This document shows positions 49,678 through 58,662 of a DNA stretch of 64,000 nt, piece by piece (position 1 is the stretch's first letter; each line of letters begins with the position of its first letter). Made by a program: the position numbers and the translations under genes. The notes under the pieces are model-generated. The model was not told where the DNA came from and ran no database searches. It saw only the letters and a program-made list of their open reading frames with translations. The DNA comes from a bacterium UBP4_UBA6127 (lineage in GTDB: Bacteria > UBP4 > UBA4092), in the NCBI GenBank assembly GCA_002428325.1, contig DIVR01000065.1:149597-213596 (forward strand). The letters run 5' to 3'.

Positions 49678-50061
49678 CTAATTGATTTTGTGAGTAGAGA
49701 ATTCCTTACTGGTCGGATTGTAATTTGGACAGGTAATGGGATCCCCTATGACTCCTGAGGCGGCACCGTTGATGGTATATTCATCTTCTGTTGTTGGGCA
49801 TCGGGCGGATTGTGGATTTCTCAAGTAAGCGGTTAACTCTGACAGGGTCAAACTATCTTCATTTGTCTTTTTGTTTTCTATCGCATATTGAGCTTTTGCA
49901 TCTTCCATGATCCTGAGATTGTTAATACAGGATTTTGCATTAGCTTGCAGCCTACTTTTCATGTAATAAGGAATAGCTATTGAAGCCAGAATCCCAATAA
50001 TTCCCACCACAATCATAATCTCAATGAGGGTAAATCCTTTTTGATTGCGTTGCTTCTGCAT
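49678..50061 (-). CDS. type IV pilin-like protein (prepilin N-terminal cleavage/methylation domain), paralog 1
   Basis: Class III signal MQKQRNQKG|FTLIEIMIVVGIIGILASIAIP (Phe+1, Glu+5). Four Cys. Conserved C-terminal CPNY motif shared with the upstream paralog. Confidence 0.85.
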   Translation of the reverse strand: MQKQRNQKGFTLIEIMIVVGIIGILASIAIPYYMKSRLQANAKSCINNLRIMEDAKAQYAIENKKTNEDSLTLSELTAYLRNPQSARCPTTEDEYTINGAASGVIGDPITCPNYNPTSKEFSTHKIN

Positions 50062-50086
50062 AATGTCTATCCTTTTTTTAATAAAT

Positions 50087-50124
50087 AAGGCGTCATGTGA
50101 TCTCGGCGAACACCATGACGCCTT
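50087..50124 (-). promoter_or_regulatory. intercistronic stem-loop between the tandem pilin genes
   Basis: Perfect 11-bp stem AAGGCGTCATG/CATGACGCCTT with a 16-nt loop, between the pilin-2 stop and the pilin-1 RBS. Confidence 0.55.
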
Positions 50125-50157
50125 ATAAACTTTTTTTAAATGAAGAACTTATCAGGT

Positions 50158-50526
50158 TTATGGATATTTGTGACCTGTAAATTCATCACCAGTTCCATAG
50201 TTCGGGCAAACCGGCGGAGTCCCAACAATGGTCAATGTATAAGAAGAGCCATTGGACGGACAAACAAAAGAACCAACGGAATCACGCATGTAAGGTTCCA
50301 AGTCAGTCTGGGTTACCGATGCGGAATTGTCTTTCTTTTCTTCCAGGGCCCACTGCTGCTGTGCGCCATCAATCTGTTTCAGATTATTGACGCAGGCTTT
50401 GGCGTTCGCCTGAATACGGGCACGAATGAAGTTCGGGATCGCGATAGCGGCCAGAATACCAATGATGGCGACTACGATCATGATTTCAACGAGTGTAAAA
50501 CCTTTTTGGTTACGTAAGGATTTCAT
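50158..50526 (-). CDS. type IV pilin-like protein, paralog 2
   Basis: MKSLRNQKG|FTLVEIMIVVAIIGILAAIAIP. Start set at MKSLRN (50526). Preceded by a sigma-54 promoter. Confidence 0.85.
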   Translation of the reverse strand: MKSLRNQKGFTLVEIMIVVAIIGILAAIAIPNFIRARIQANAKACVNNLKQIDGAQQQWALEEKKDNSASVTQTDLEPYMRDSVGSFVCPSNGSSYTLTIVGTPPVCPNYGTGDEFTGHKYP

Positions 50527-50584
50527 TAATCTTACCCCCCTTCTACATTCAATTTTCACTAATTATAAAGACAACCTATCTATA

Positions 50585-50600
50585 AAGCAACCTCTATGCC
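50585..50600 (-). promoter_or_regulatory. sigma-54 (RpoN) promoter upstream of pilin paralog 2
   Basis: Minus strand reads TGGCAT-AGAGG-TTGCT. GG and GC are spaced exactly as in TGGCAC-N5-TTGC. It lies about 60 nt upstream of the pilin-2 ATG and next to a sigma-54 activator gene. Confidence 0.65.
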
Positions 50601-50772
50601 AAAAAAAAATCTATTTATTTGTGATGAGATAACATGAATAAACTCAAGCATAATATTGAATTTACGATTTTCTTGGTAAGAGATAAGGCTTATAAAAATG
50701 AGTTATTCTGTAACCATAAGTAGGCAACCTGTCACTTTAGTTATACATAAAAATCTTCTGATAGGTGATAAA

Positions 50773-52149
50773 TCAATCAGAGATATTATATTTGGCTAAC
50801 TTATCATAAAGGCATTTTCGGCTTAAACCGAGAGCTTTAGCGGCCTGCGAACGATTACCTCCAGCGCTTTGAAGAGCTTTGATAATGATGCGTTTTTCCG
50901 CTTCCGCTGTGATGTGATTGATATGGTCCGATAAATTAATGTCTTCAGAAGGCAGGGTTATCGAGGGAGAAGGGATTGTGGTTCCTGGTTTGATTTCAAT
51001 GGGAATAGCATCTTCCTCAATAATATCTGAGGGTGAAAGGGCAATGGCTCTTTGAATGAAATTCTCAAATTCTCTAACATTGCCGGGCCAGGAATACTCT
51101 TGGATGAATTTCAAGACTGGGGTAGATATTTTTTGAATGTTTTTTCCAAACTTATTATTATATTTTTCCCTGAAATATTCGAATAAGAGAGGGAGGTCAT
51201 CTCTTCGTTCCCGGAGGGGAGGGAGGAAAATGGAGATGACATTTAGCCGGAAATAAAGGTCTTCCCGGAATGATTTCTCTTCCACTGCTTTTACTAGGTC
51301 CTTATTAGTAGCAGCAACCACCCTGACATCGACCTTGATGACATTATTACCTCCAACCCGTTCAAATTCCCTTTCCTGAATGACTCTCAGAAGTTTGGCC
51401 TGGGTCGGTAGGGTCATATCCCCAATTTCATCCAGAAATATGGTTCCGCCCTGGGCCATCTCAAATTTACCCAGCCTGCGTTCAGAAGCCCCGGTAAAAG
51501 CGCCTCGTTCATGGCCAAAGAGCTCAGATTCCAGCAATCCTTCGGGGATAGCGACACAATTCATCTTAATAAAAGGTTTTTTCTGGCGATAACTATTGAT
51601 ATGGATGGCATGGGATACCAACTCTTTACCGGTTCCGCTTTCGCCAATAATCAAAACGGTCACATCCAGTTTGGATACCTGGGATATCAGCCGATAGACT
51701 TCTTTCATCCGTTCGCTGGTGCCGATAATATTTTCGTATTCGCGTTCCTGCTGTTTTAATGCCTGCAGTTCTCTTTGTAGAAGATTTTTTTCCAAAGCGC
51801 GGCGGACGACCACCCGCATTTCATTAATATCGAAAGGTTTGGTGAAATAATCATAGGCGCCAATATCCATAGACTGATAGGCAATTTCCCGGGAACCGAA
51901 AGCTGTCATCATAATGACTGTCGATTCCTTATCTATTTTTCTGATTTCCAACAGAGTCTGAATCCCATCCATCCGGGGCATTTTCATGTCCAGTATGACA
52001 ACATCAAAGGATTTATTTTTGATTTTCTCCAGAGCCTTCAAACCATCTTCTGCAGTTTCAACGTAATAACCTTCTTTATTCATTAATTCTGACAAGGTGA
52101 AACGAAGATCTTCTTCATCATCAACAATCAGGATTTTAGACTGGTTCAT
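50773..52149 (-). CDS. sigma-54-dependent response regulator (NtrC/PilR family: REC, AAA+, Fis-type HTH)
   Basis: Receiver domain, AAA+ with GESGTGKE and the GAFTGA sigma-54 contact motif, and C-terminal HTH (QAAKALGLSRKCLYDKL). Confidence 0.9.
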   Translation of the reverse strand: MNQSKILIVDDEEDLRFTLSELMNKEGYYVETAEDGLKALEKIKNKSFDVVILDMKMPRMDGIQTLLEIRKIDKESTVIMMTAFGSREIAYQSMDIGAYDYFTKPFDINEMRVVVRRALEKNLLQRELQALKQQEREYENIIGTSERMKEVYRLISQVSKLDVTVLIIGESGTGKELVSHAIHINSYRQKKPFIKMNCVAIPEGLLESELFGHERGAFTGASERRLGKFEMAQGGTIFLDEIGDMTLPTQAKLLRVIQEREFERVGGNNVIKVDVRVVAATNKDLVKAVEEKSFREDLYFRLNVISIFLPPLRERRDDLPLLFEYFREKYNNKFGKNIQKISTPVLKFIQEYSWPGNVREFENFIQRAIALSPSDIIEEDAIPIEIKPGTTIPSPSITLPSEDINLSDHINHITAEAEKRIIIKALQSAGGNRSQAAKALGLSRKCLYDKLAKYNISD

Positions 52150-53750
52150 ACGATATCCTCTTTATCTGGTATTACCGGCAGCCAGATTTGGAAAGTGGTT
52201 AGCTCCCCTTGTTGGCTGTCAACTTCAATCCACCCGCTATGGGCTGCGATTATCTGATGGGAAATAGCTAAACCTAATCCCGATCCCGTATTTTTGGTGG
52301 TAAAGAACGGATCAAAGATTTTTTCGGTTAATTCTGGGGGAATGGCCGGGCCGTTATTGGATATTTCAACCACGATAAAACCGGTATGGGGAATCCTATA
52401 GTCCTGTCGGGGAGGAGCTTGATAACTCCGGACCCTTATCAGAGCCTTTTGCGGCATATTAGGGGTAACCGCATCTATGGCATTCAGGAAAATATTTAAT
52501 AAAGCCTGCATGATTTTATCTTTTTCTATCCGAAGCCTCGGAAGGGGATTATCCATTATCTCATCGATTTCAATGCTGGATAAATATTTAGGGGATTGTT
52601 TGGCAACAAAAAGGGCATCCTTCAGGACATCTTCCAGATGGGACCATTGGGTTCCCCCTTCAGTAGCATGGGAAAAATCCAATAACTCTTCTACGACATG
52701 ATTGAGTCGATCAATTTCTTTGACAATAATGGTGGCGTATTTATGGTTTTTATCATCCAAGGGGGTATCCTCGGAAATCATTTGGGCCAACCCCTTCATA
52801 GAACCCAGAGGATTCCTGATTTCATGGGCTAGCCCGGTGGAAAGGGTCCCGATAGCGGCCAATCGGTCAGACCGGTGCAGTTGCTGCTGGATTTGTTTGA
52901 TACGACTCAAGTCCTTGAAGGATGCGACTACTCCCAGTAATATATCGTTTGTATCTTTCATCAGGTTGATACTGATGCCGATGGGAATCAACCCGGTTGA
53001 AGGAGTATTGATGGAAACCTCTTCTGAAGAATAAACAACCTTTCCTTCCAGGGTTTGCTTGAACATTGCCCGAACCCTTTGGTTTTCCAGCACATCAGGG
53101 ATTATATCAAAGATGGATTTCCCTTCCGCATAGCTTTCGGGAAGGCCCAGAATGGTTTCAGCCGCTGTATTAATCGTATTGATGGTTCCCTGGTTGTCCA
53201 GGGTCAGCAATCCTCCCCCCAGGCTTTCGAATATGTATTTATTCCGTTCATGGACATAAGTCCTCAGGTTCTGGACCATGATATTGAAATTATCCTGTAA
53301 GACACCGATTTCCTCATGGGCAGATATTTTGGGAGGGGTTACCCATTCACCAGTGGAAAGTTTTTTGATGATTTCATTTATCTGTTTCAGAGGTTTGACC
53401 ACCACATAACTCAGGAGGAATCCAACGATAGCCGATAGAAGAGCGCCTCCCAGCAGAAGAGAAAATAAAGAATCGGTTATTCGAAGGGTATCTTCATGAG
53501 TTACTCCTGTCCGGGGAAGATTGGTGCCCAGGTATTGGATCATGATAATTCCAATGAATAATACCAGCAGACAGAATAGCAGGGGGGTGGCAAAAATCAG
53601 CCTGACCCGCCATTGTTCTTTTTGGTAATTGGGAGGTGCATCCGGTGGATTTGTTTTTATATCAGGTTTTTCAGGGACCCCAAGCCTCGATTGCTTTTCA
53701 GCCTTTCCAGGGTCAGGCGATTTCCTGTTATTATTTTTTAGCAGGGGCAT
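52146..53750 (-). CDS. sensor histidine kinase (TM, HAMP, PAS, HisKA, HATPase; PilS/NtrB-like)
   Basis: Two TM segments. H-box (LSTGLAHEIRNPL). N, G1 and G2 boxes (NAIDA, GSGLGL). 4-nt overlap with the downstream regulator. Confidence 0.85.
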   Translation of the reverse strand: MPLLKNNNRKSPDPGKAEKQSRLGVPEKPDIKTNPPDAPPNYQKEQWRVRLIFATPLLFCLLVLFIGIIMIQYLGTNLPRTGVTHEDTLRITDSLFSLLLGGALLSAIVGFLLSYVVVKPLKQINEIIKKLSTGEWVTPPKISAHEEIGVLQDNFNIMVQNLRTYVHERNKYIFESLGGGLLTLDNQGTINTINTAAETILGLPESYAEGKSIFDIIPDVLENQRVRAMFKQTLEGKVVYSSEEVSINTPSTGLIPIGISINLMKDTNDILLGVVASFKDLSRIKQIQQQLHRSDRLAAIGTLSTGLAHEIRNPLGSMKGLAQMISEDTPLDDKNHKYATIIVKEIDRLNHVVEELLDFSHATEGGTQWSHLEDVLKDALFVAKQSPKYLSSIEIDEIMDNPLPRLRIEKDKIMQALLNIFLNAIDAVTPNMPQKALIRVRSYQAPPRQDYRIPHTGFIVVEISNNGPAIPPELTEKIFDPFFTTKNTGSGLGLAISHQIIAAHSGWIEVDSQQGELTTFQIWLPVIPDKEDIV

Positions 53751-54528
53751 TAGGTTTCTCTTGGATGACTTTTATCTGGGTTTGCAGCTCGGGAATATGG
53801 GATTGAGCCGCTTTGGCATAGGGTTGAATATTTAATTTTTTAACTTCTTTCCAGGCTTCCAGGGCTCCTGCCGGGTCTTTCAGCCTTTCCAGGGTGAAAG
53901 CCAGATACTCCATGACATTGGCTCGGTCCCAATCTTCCATCTTTTTTCGGGAAGCCAGCCGGAACTGGATTTTAGCATTGGAATAATCCTGGAGTTTATG
54001 AAAATAGAGCAAGCCTAAATCATAATTTAATTCATATCGGTCAGGATTATTTCTCAATCCTTCCTGGAGAAAATCGATGGCTTGTTGAGGGGCATTTAAT
54101 TTCTTCCAGAGCCACCAGCTTCCCACCCGATAGGCTTCTAAAAATTGAGGGTCTAACCTGGTTACTACCTCGATTAAAGGCATCAGGTCCGCATCATGAG
54201 ACTTTGAATGTGATGAATGTTCATGCCCATGCAAATGTTCAGGGTGTCCCGGGTGAATCATTTCATGTTCTTCAGGGGTGACCGAGGCATGAAAATAATC
54301 ATCGACTTTAATCCAGGCCAAATCGGCCAGGGTCACTCGGATTTCTCTGAAGGCTCCGGAAACCACTTTACCGGGGGTGATCCGGCTGGAGCCATGGGAA
54401 TTTTCATCATGACCACTCATTTCTTTTTTCTGCCTGTTTAGCTGGCTGCTTATCATAACTAAGAGGATAGCCAATATCAGCAGGCTGAACCATAAAACTC
54501 GGTTATTTTTGTCCAAGATAGATTTCAT
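53731..54528 (-). CDS. His-rich membrane-anchored TPR protein
   Basis: N-terminal TM. His-rich segment HPGHPEHLHGHEHSSHSKSH. C-terminal TPRs. Overlaps the start of the histidine kinase by 20 nt. Confidence 0.55.
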   Translation of the reverse strand: MKSILDKNNRVLWFSLLILAILLVMISSQLNRQKKEMSGHDENSHGSSRITPGKVVSGAFREIRVTLADLAWIKVDDYFHASVTPEEHEMIHPGHPEHLHGHEHSSHSKSHDADLMPLIEVVTRLDPQFLEAYRVGSWWLWKKLNAPQQAIDFLQEGLRNNPDRYELNYDLGLLYFHKLQDYSNAKIQFRLASRKKMEDWDRANVMEYLAFTLERLKDPAGALEAWKEVKKLNIQPYAKAAQSHIPELQTQIKVIQEKPNAPAKK

Positions 54529-54708
54529 AATAAATATCAGTAATATTAACCTCGGCCGTATTTTGGGATGTCAGGGAACAGTCAATTCCCGGGTATCATC
54601 TGAAATTGTATCAAAAAAACATACTTTCAGTTCATTTGTTCTGTGGAATATGCCCATCTAAAAAAAACTTAGGTTTTGTTCCTGATTGAACCAACGGATT
54701 TATTCTCT

Positions 54709-55020
54709 CTATTCAGGGAGTCTGACTTTGATAATGTTATTTTCAATGGTCCATTCCAGCTTTTTCAAGTGGATGGAATTGATTAAGTCCAACTCTCCGG
54801 TTACCAGGCTGAATTTCCAGCCATGCCAGGGACAGGTAACCTGAGTTCCCTCCAGGAATCCTTCACTGAGAGGCCCTCCCGTATGCGGACATGAATCTAG
54901 AATGACATGGTAAGTTCCCTCAATATTAAACACAGCAATGGGAACATCTTCAATGATTTTGGATTTTACAGAACCAGGGGGAATATCAGAAACCGGGCAA
55001 AAATCATAATATGGGGCCAT
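54709..55020 (-). CDS. Rieske [2Fe-2S] domain protein (NirD-like small ferredoxin)
   Basis: CPH...CPWHGW (CXH-Xn-CXXH) Rieske ligands in a 103-aa protein. Confidence 0.8.
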   Translation of the reverse strand: MAPYYDFCPVSDIPPGSVKSKIIEDVPIAVFNIEGTYHVILDSCPHTGGPLSEGFLEGTQVTCPWHGWKFSLVTGELDLINSIHLKKLEWTIENNIIKVRLPE

Positions 55021-55021
55021 A

Positions 55022-55774
55022 TTACAAGGATTCCTTACTGATGAGTTTCTCCGGGGTGATGGAGATTTTAGGGATCATGGACATATCAAATTGATGTATC
55101 CTGTCTTTACCCAGATTTTCCATCCTAATAAGGCATTTTCGGGTCTGGAGATAAAAAGCTTCAAGTTCCAGTCCTGATTCACGGGGAAGAAAAGGTTCCA
55201 TTCGGGAGGTTCCATCTTTCAGCAGAGAAGATGCTCCTGCATAATTTTGGTTAAGCAGATGATAAAATCCAACGGCAATCTGGATGATTCCCTGCAATAA
55301 GGGACGCAAAGGGCCGTTCTCTTCCAACCAGTGTTCTTCCAGTATTTCATGGGTTTCAAAGAAAAGATGCTGATTGAATAAGAAAGCTCCCAATCTGAAA
55401 CCCTTTTCCAAGGGAGGCAGTTTACCCCAATCTGGGTTTTCCCGGATATCCCGGATTATCTCACATGCGGCAACAGCTTTTGTGTGGATTTCCTTTATCT
55501 CATTAAGATACTCCCTCTTTAATTGAGGAAGATTATGGGATTTATCATCTTTCGGGGAGACATTAAAAATGGATTTGGAAATAAGGGATTTGTAGGCAGG
55601 CAGGGTAGTATAGGGTTTAATATCTAATATCGTGGTCTTCCCAGAAGTGGGACCTTCCCATATCTTACACAGGAGTTCAAGCATCTCTACCGGAGACAAT
55701 GAAGATGGGTACTTAAGTGATTCCAGGATGATTTCAGCCAGTTGGTTGCGCAGTTCGATTTCCATCATGTTCAA
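55022..55774 (-). CDS. DUF309 domain protein
   Basis: C-terminal FLFNQHLFFETHEILEEHW... matches the DUF309 HE..LE..W signature. Confidence 0.5.
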   Translation of the reverse strand: MNMMEIELRNQLAEIILESLKYPSSLSPVEMLELLCKIWEGPTSGKTTILDIKPYTTLPAYKSLISKSIFNVSPKDDKSHNLPQLKREYLNEIKEIHTKAVAACEIIRDIRENPDWGKLPPLEKGFRLGAFLFNQHLFFETHEILEEHWLEENGPLRPLLQGIIQIAVGFYHLLNQNYAGASSLLKDGTSRMEPFLPRESGLELEAFYLQTRKCLIRMENLGKDRIHQFDMSMIPKISITPEKLISKESL

Positions 55775-55845
55775 TACCCGGGAACTTTTGGGGTCTGGAA
55801 CCTCCTGCCGAATATGAATCGAGTGATTATATTACTTCCGATAGT

Positions 55846-56382
55846 TTATTCTTCATCCAGTCCGTATCGGGCTAGTTCTTTTAGAAAAGTCAGGGATTTC
55901 ATGTCTTCCATCCGGTCAATGAAAAGAATACCTTTCAGATGATCTGTTTCATGCTGGATGATGACAGCATGAAATCCGGTTGCTTTCAGGGTTATTTCTT
56001 TCCCATTCCGGTCCCATGCCTTCACTTGAACTTTCGTATGTCGGGGGACTTTCCCACGGATATCCGGGATGGAAAGACATCCTTCCCAGCTTTCTTGCTT
56101 ATCATCTGACAGGGGGGTAACTACTGGATTGACCAGCACTGTCAAAGGCAAATCCCCCCGGGACTTCCGTCCGGGTTCTTCAATATATTCCATAATGACG
56201 ATTGATTTTGATTCATGAACCTGGGGAGCGGCTAATCCGACTCCGTCAAATTCATGCAAGGTCTCTACCATATCATCAATTAATTTCTGTATTAAGGGGC
56301 TTTTTAATTCGGCCAGGGTCAAATCCTTGGTTTTCTTCCGTAATACCGGATGACCCAGATGGGATATTTTTAATATTGACAT
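55846..56382 (-). CDS. def: peptide deformylase
   Basis: The three PDF motifs: GVGLAAPQ, EGCLSIP, QHETDH. Confidence 0.92.
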   Translation of the reverse strand: MSILKISHLGHPVLRKKTKDLTLAELKSPLIQKLIDDMVETLHEFDGVGLAAPQVHESKSIVIMEYIEEPGRKSRGDLPLTVLVNPVVTPLSDDKQESWEGCLSIPDIRGKVPRHTKVQVKAWDRNGKEITLKATGFHAVIIQHETDHLKGILFIDRMEDMKSLTFLKELARYGLDEE

Positions 56383-56632
56383 AATACCTTAATTTTATAG
56401 TAAATTAGTTGGTTTTGCCAGTTGGGCATGTTTATCTGCCTCTGAGGGAATTGTCCGGCAGCAGAAGAATCCCCTGGTGCCGCCCTCGATTCCGTGAAGG
56501 AGGTTCACTAAGGATTGAAAAAGTGGAAGAAAACTCATAGAAGTCTGAAAACATATCAGAAAACAGATATTTATCAGGATCATGGGAAGGGAATTAACAG
56601 TTAAATGGGGGAATTGGATATAATAAAAAGCC

Positions 56633-58369
56633 ATGAAAAAAATTAGATTTATATGGATAGCCTTTGGGATTGGACTTTTATGCGCCTATCTGGGATTTAA
56701 GGGATTAGGTAATGCCTATTTCTGGGATGACGAGTCCTTGGTCGGAATCACAGCCACCAATCTCCTGGAAACCGGGAAAATGGCAGCCTGGGATGGGGTG
56801 AATCTCTATAGTTATCGAAATGGCGGGATGGTTACTGATGATTTACGGATGAATACCCCACCTTTGGATGTATGGGTTTGCGCACTTTCCTTTAAAATAA
56901 TGGGACCCTCAGTATTATCCGGCCGACTCCCTTTTGTCCTGGCAGGATTGTTAGCCCTGATGTTTTTCTTCCTGATATTAGAGAAGGAATTTCCCCAGCA
57001 AGACTCTCTGAAAGTCTATATGCTGGTGAGTTTTGCCTTTTCGACTCTTTTTCTGTTGAACATTAGACAGTGCCGGTATAACTCTTTTGCCATAATGAGT
57101 TCCCTGGGATGTTTTTATTTCTATTTAAAAACCTTGGATGATAAAAAAATCTGGCCGTTTGCAGGGATGGCCTTGATGGGTGTCCTCCTTTTTTATGCCA
57201 ATTCCATGTTTTGCGCGGCCTTTCTGGTCTCCATTGGAATGATGCACCTGATATTCCATCACCGGGAGTATTCTGGGTTTCAATGGAAAGCTATTTCTCT
57301 GGCTATCGCCGGATTTCTGGCGCTGACGGTCCCTTATGCCCTTTATTATAAAATCTGGATTCGGCATGATTTCGATTTTATATATGCCGATTCTTCTCTG
57401 ATTCGAAAATGTAAACTGATTTTCTGGTATCTGCGAGATATGAATCTCATCAATGCCCTTCCCTGGATGTTCCTGGTCCTTCTGGGAATCCTCAAAGGGA
57501 GAGAGAAAACAGCCCTTCCCCATGGGAACAAAATCATTCAATGGGGATTCATTGGGGTAATGAATATTCTGATGATAGCCCTGATATCGCCTCAACCAAC
57601 CAATAATCCAGGGTATGGGGATGTCCGGTACTTGATGGTTTCCTATGCTTTTATGATAGGGATATCCGGATATATTCTCTGGCTCCTTTACCGTAAATAT
57701 CCATTGGCAGGGCATCTTTTACTGGTGATATATATCTTTTCAAATATCTTTACCTTGATTCCTTTTTCTAAGCAATTGAAACTGATTCCTTATAACCTGA
57801 ATTTCCAGTGGCTGTTGCCGGCCTATCTGGTGGAAATCCATTCAGAGTATCCTACCGGCACTCCCCCAGTAGCGGAATTTCTGTTGCAGAATGTAAAACC
57901 AGGAGAAATGGTAATGAGCTGGCCGGAGCATACGGTTTATCCTCTGCGTTTTATCACCGGGAAGAAAATATTCTACGGCTGTGGGCTGAACCGATATACC
58001 CACTTGGACCCTGCGAAGATTCGAGCTTTGGATTCCCGCTTACTTCTGGAGGATAATTATCCTGACTGGTTTGTCTCTTATGGATTGAGAAATGATACCC
58101 CGTCTTTGCTGGAGATGTTTCAGCGAACCCATTGGGAGGGGGATAGGGAGATTCAATATCGGTATCGAATGGTGAAATATATTGACTATTACTGGGACCA
58201 GACCCAACGGCCGGAAATATATTGGCACCATTTTGGACCGAAACGGGATTTTGCTCCGGTGCTGGAGGGAATCTATATCTTTAAAAGGGTCCGTCCGGAA
58301 GAAGACCAGACTCGAAGAACTGAGCCTGAAAGGGATAGGGCAGCATCAGAATCAAAAGCAGGAAGATAA
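56633..58369 (+). CDS. GT-C membrane glycosyltransferase, ArnT/PMT_2 (GT83/GT39-like) family
   Basis: YFWDDES in the first periplasmic loop and PPLDVW in the second. About 12 TM. Charged C-terminal tail. Confidence 0.65.
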   Translation: MKKIRFIWIAFGIGLLCAYLGFKGLGNAYFWDDESLVGITATNLLETGKMAAWDGVNLYSYRNGGMVTDDLRMNTPPLDVWVCALSFKIMGPSVLSGRLPFVLAGLLALMFFFLILEKEFPQQDSLKVYMLVSFAFSTLFLLNIRQCRYNSFAIMSSLGCFYFYLKTLDDKKIWPFAGMALMGVLLFYANSMFCAAFLVSIGMMHLIFHHREYSGFQWKAISLAIAGFLALTVPYALYYKIWIRHDFDFIYADSSLIRKCKLIFWYLRDMNLINALPWMFLVLLGILKGREKTALPHGNKIIQWGFIGVMNILMIALISPQPTNNPGYGDVRYLMVSYAFMIGISGYILWLLYRKYPLAGHLLLVIYIFSNIFTLIPFSKQLKLIPYNLNFQWLLPAYLVEIHSEYPTGTPPVAEFLLQNVKPGEMVMSWPEHTVYPLRFITGKKIFYGCGLNRYTHLDPAKIRALDSRLLLEDNYPDWFVSYGLRNDTPSLLEMFQRTHWEGDREIQYRYRMVKYIDYYWDQTQRPEIYWHHFGPKRDFAPVLEGIYIFKRVRPEEDQTRRTEPERDRAASESKAGR

Positions 58370-58662
58370 GTTTACCTTAGCCGGAAGATTGTTTTCCTTT
58401 GGCTCTCCTTGAGGATTTTATTCTATCTTCGTTATAATTATCTATTACTTATGAAACAACCTTAACTGTATGAAATCTACTATCTCAGGAGTTCCCTGGT
58501 CTGACTGGCAGGATAAATTGCCGCCTGAGAGGTTTATTTTTAACTTCAACCAACCTTTCCTCCATTGGATTTCGGTCATAAGAAATCATTTTCTGTAGAA
58601 ATGGGTTTATGCAATGAAGGGAAAGAGGTAGAAGTCCATGGCTGGGAGGCCAACCTTATTAT

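Noticed and set aside
56395-56634. 79-aa ORF (minus) in the divergent spacer between def and the ArnT-like gene.
   Set aside because: It lies in a promoter region, has no RBS, and has an odd composition (FFCC). It is probably non-coding.
58370-58662. Possible c-di-AMP (ydaO/kimA) riboswitch in the 290-nt leader of KimA-like paralog A.
   Set aside because: Some local stem-loops can be drawn (for example TCTCAGG...CCTGAGA), but the conserved ydaO-motif core could not be recognised by eye. Paralog B has only a 125-nt spacer. An Infernal scan with RF00379 would be needed.
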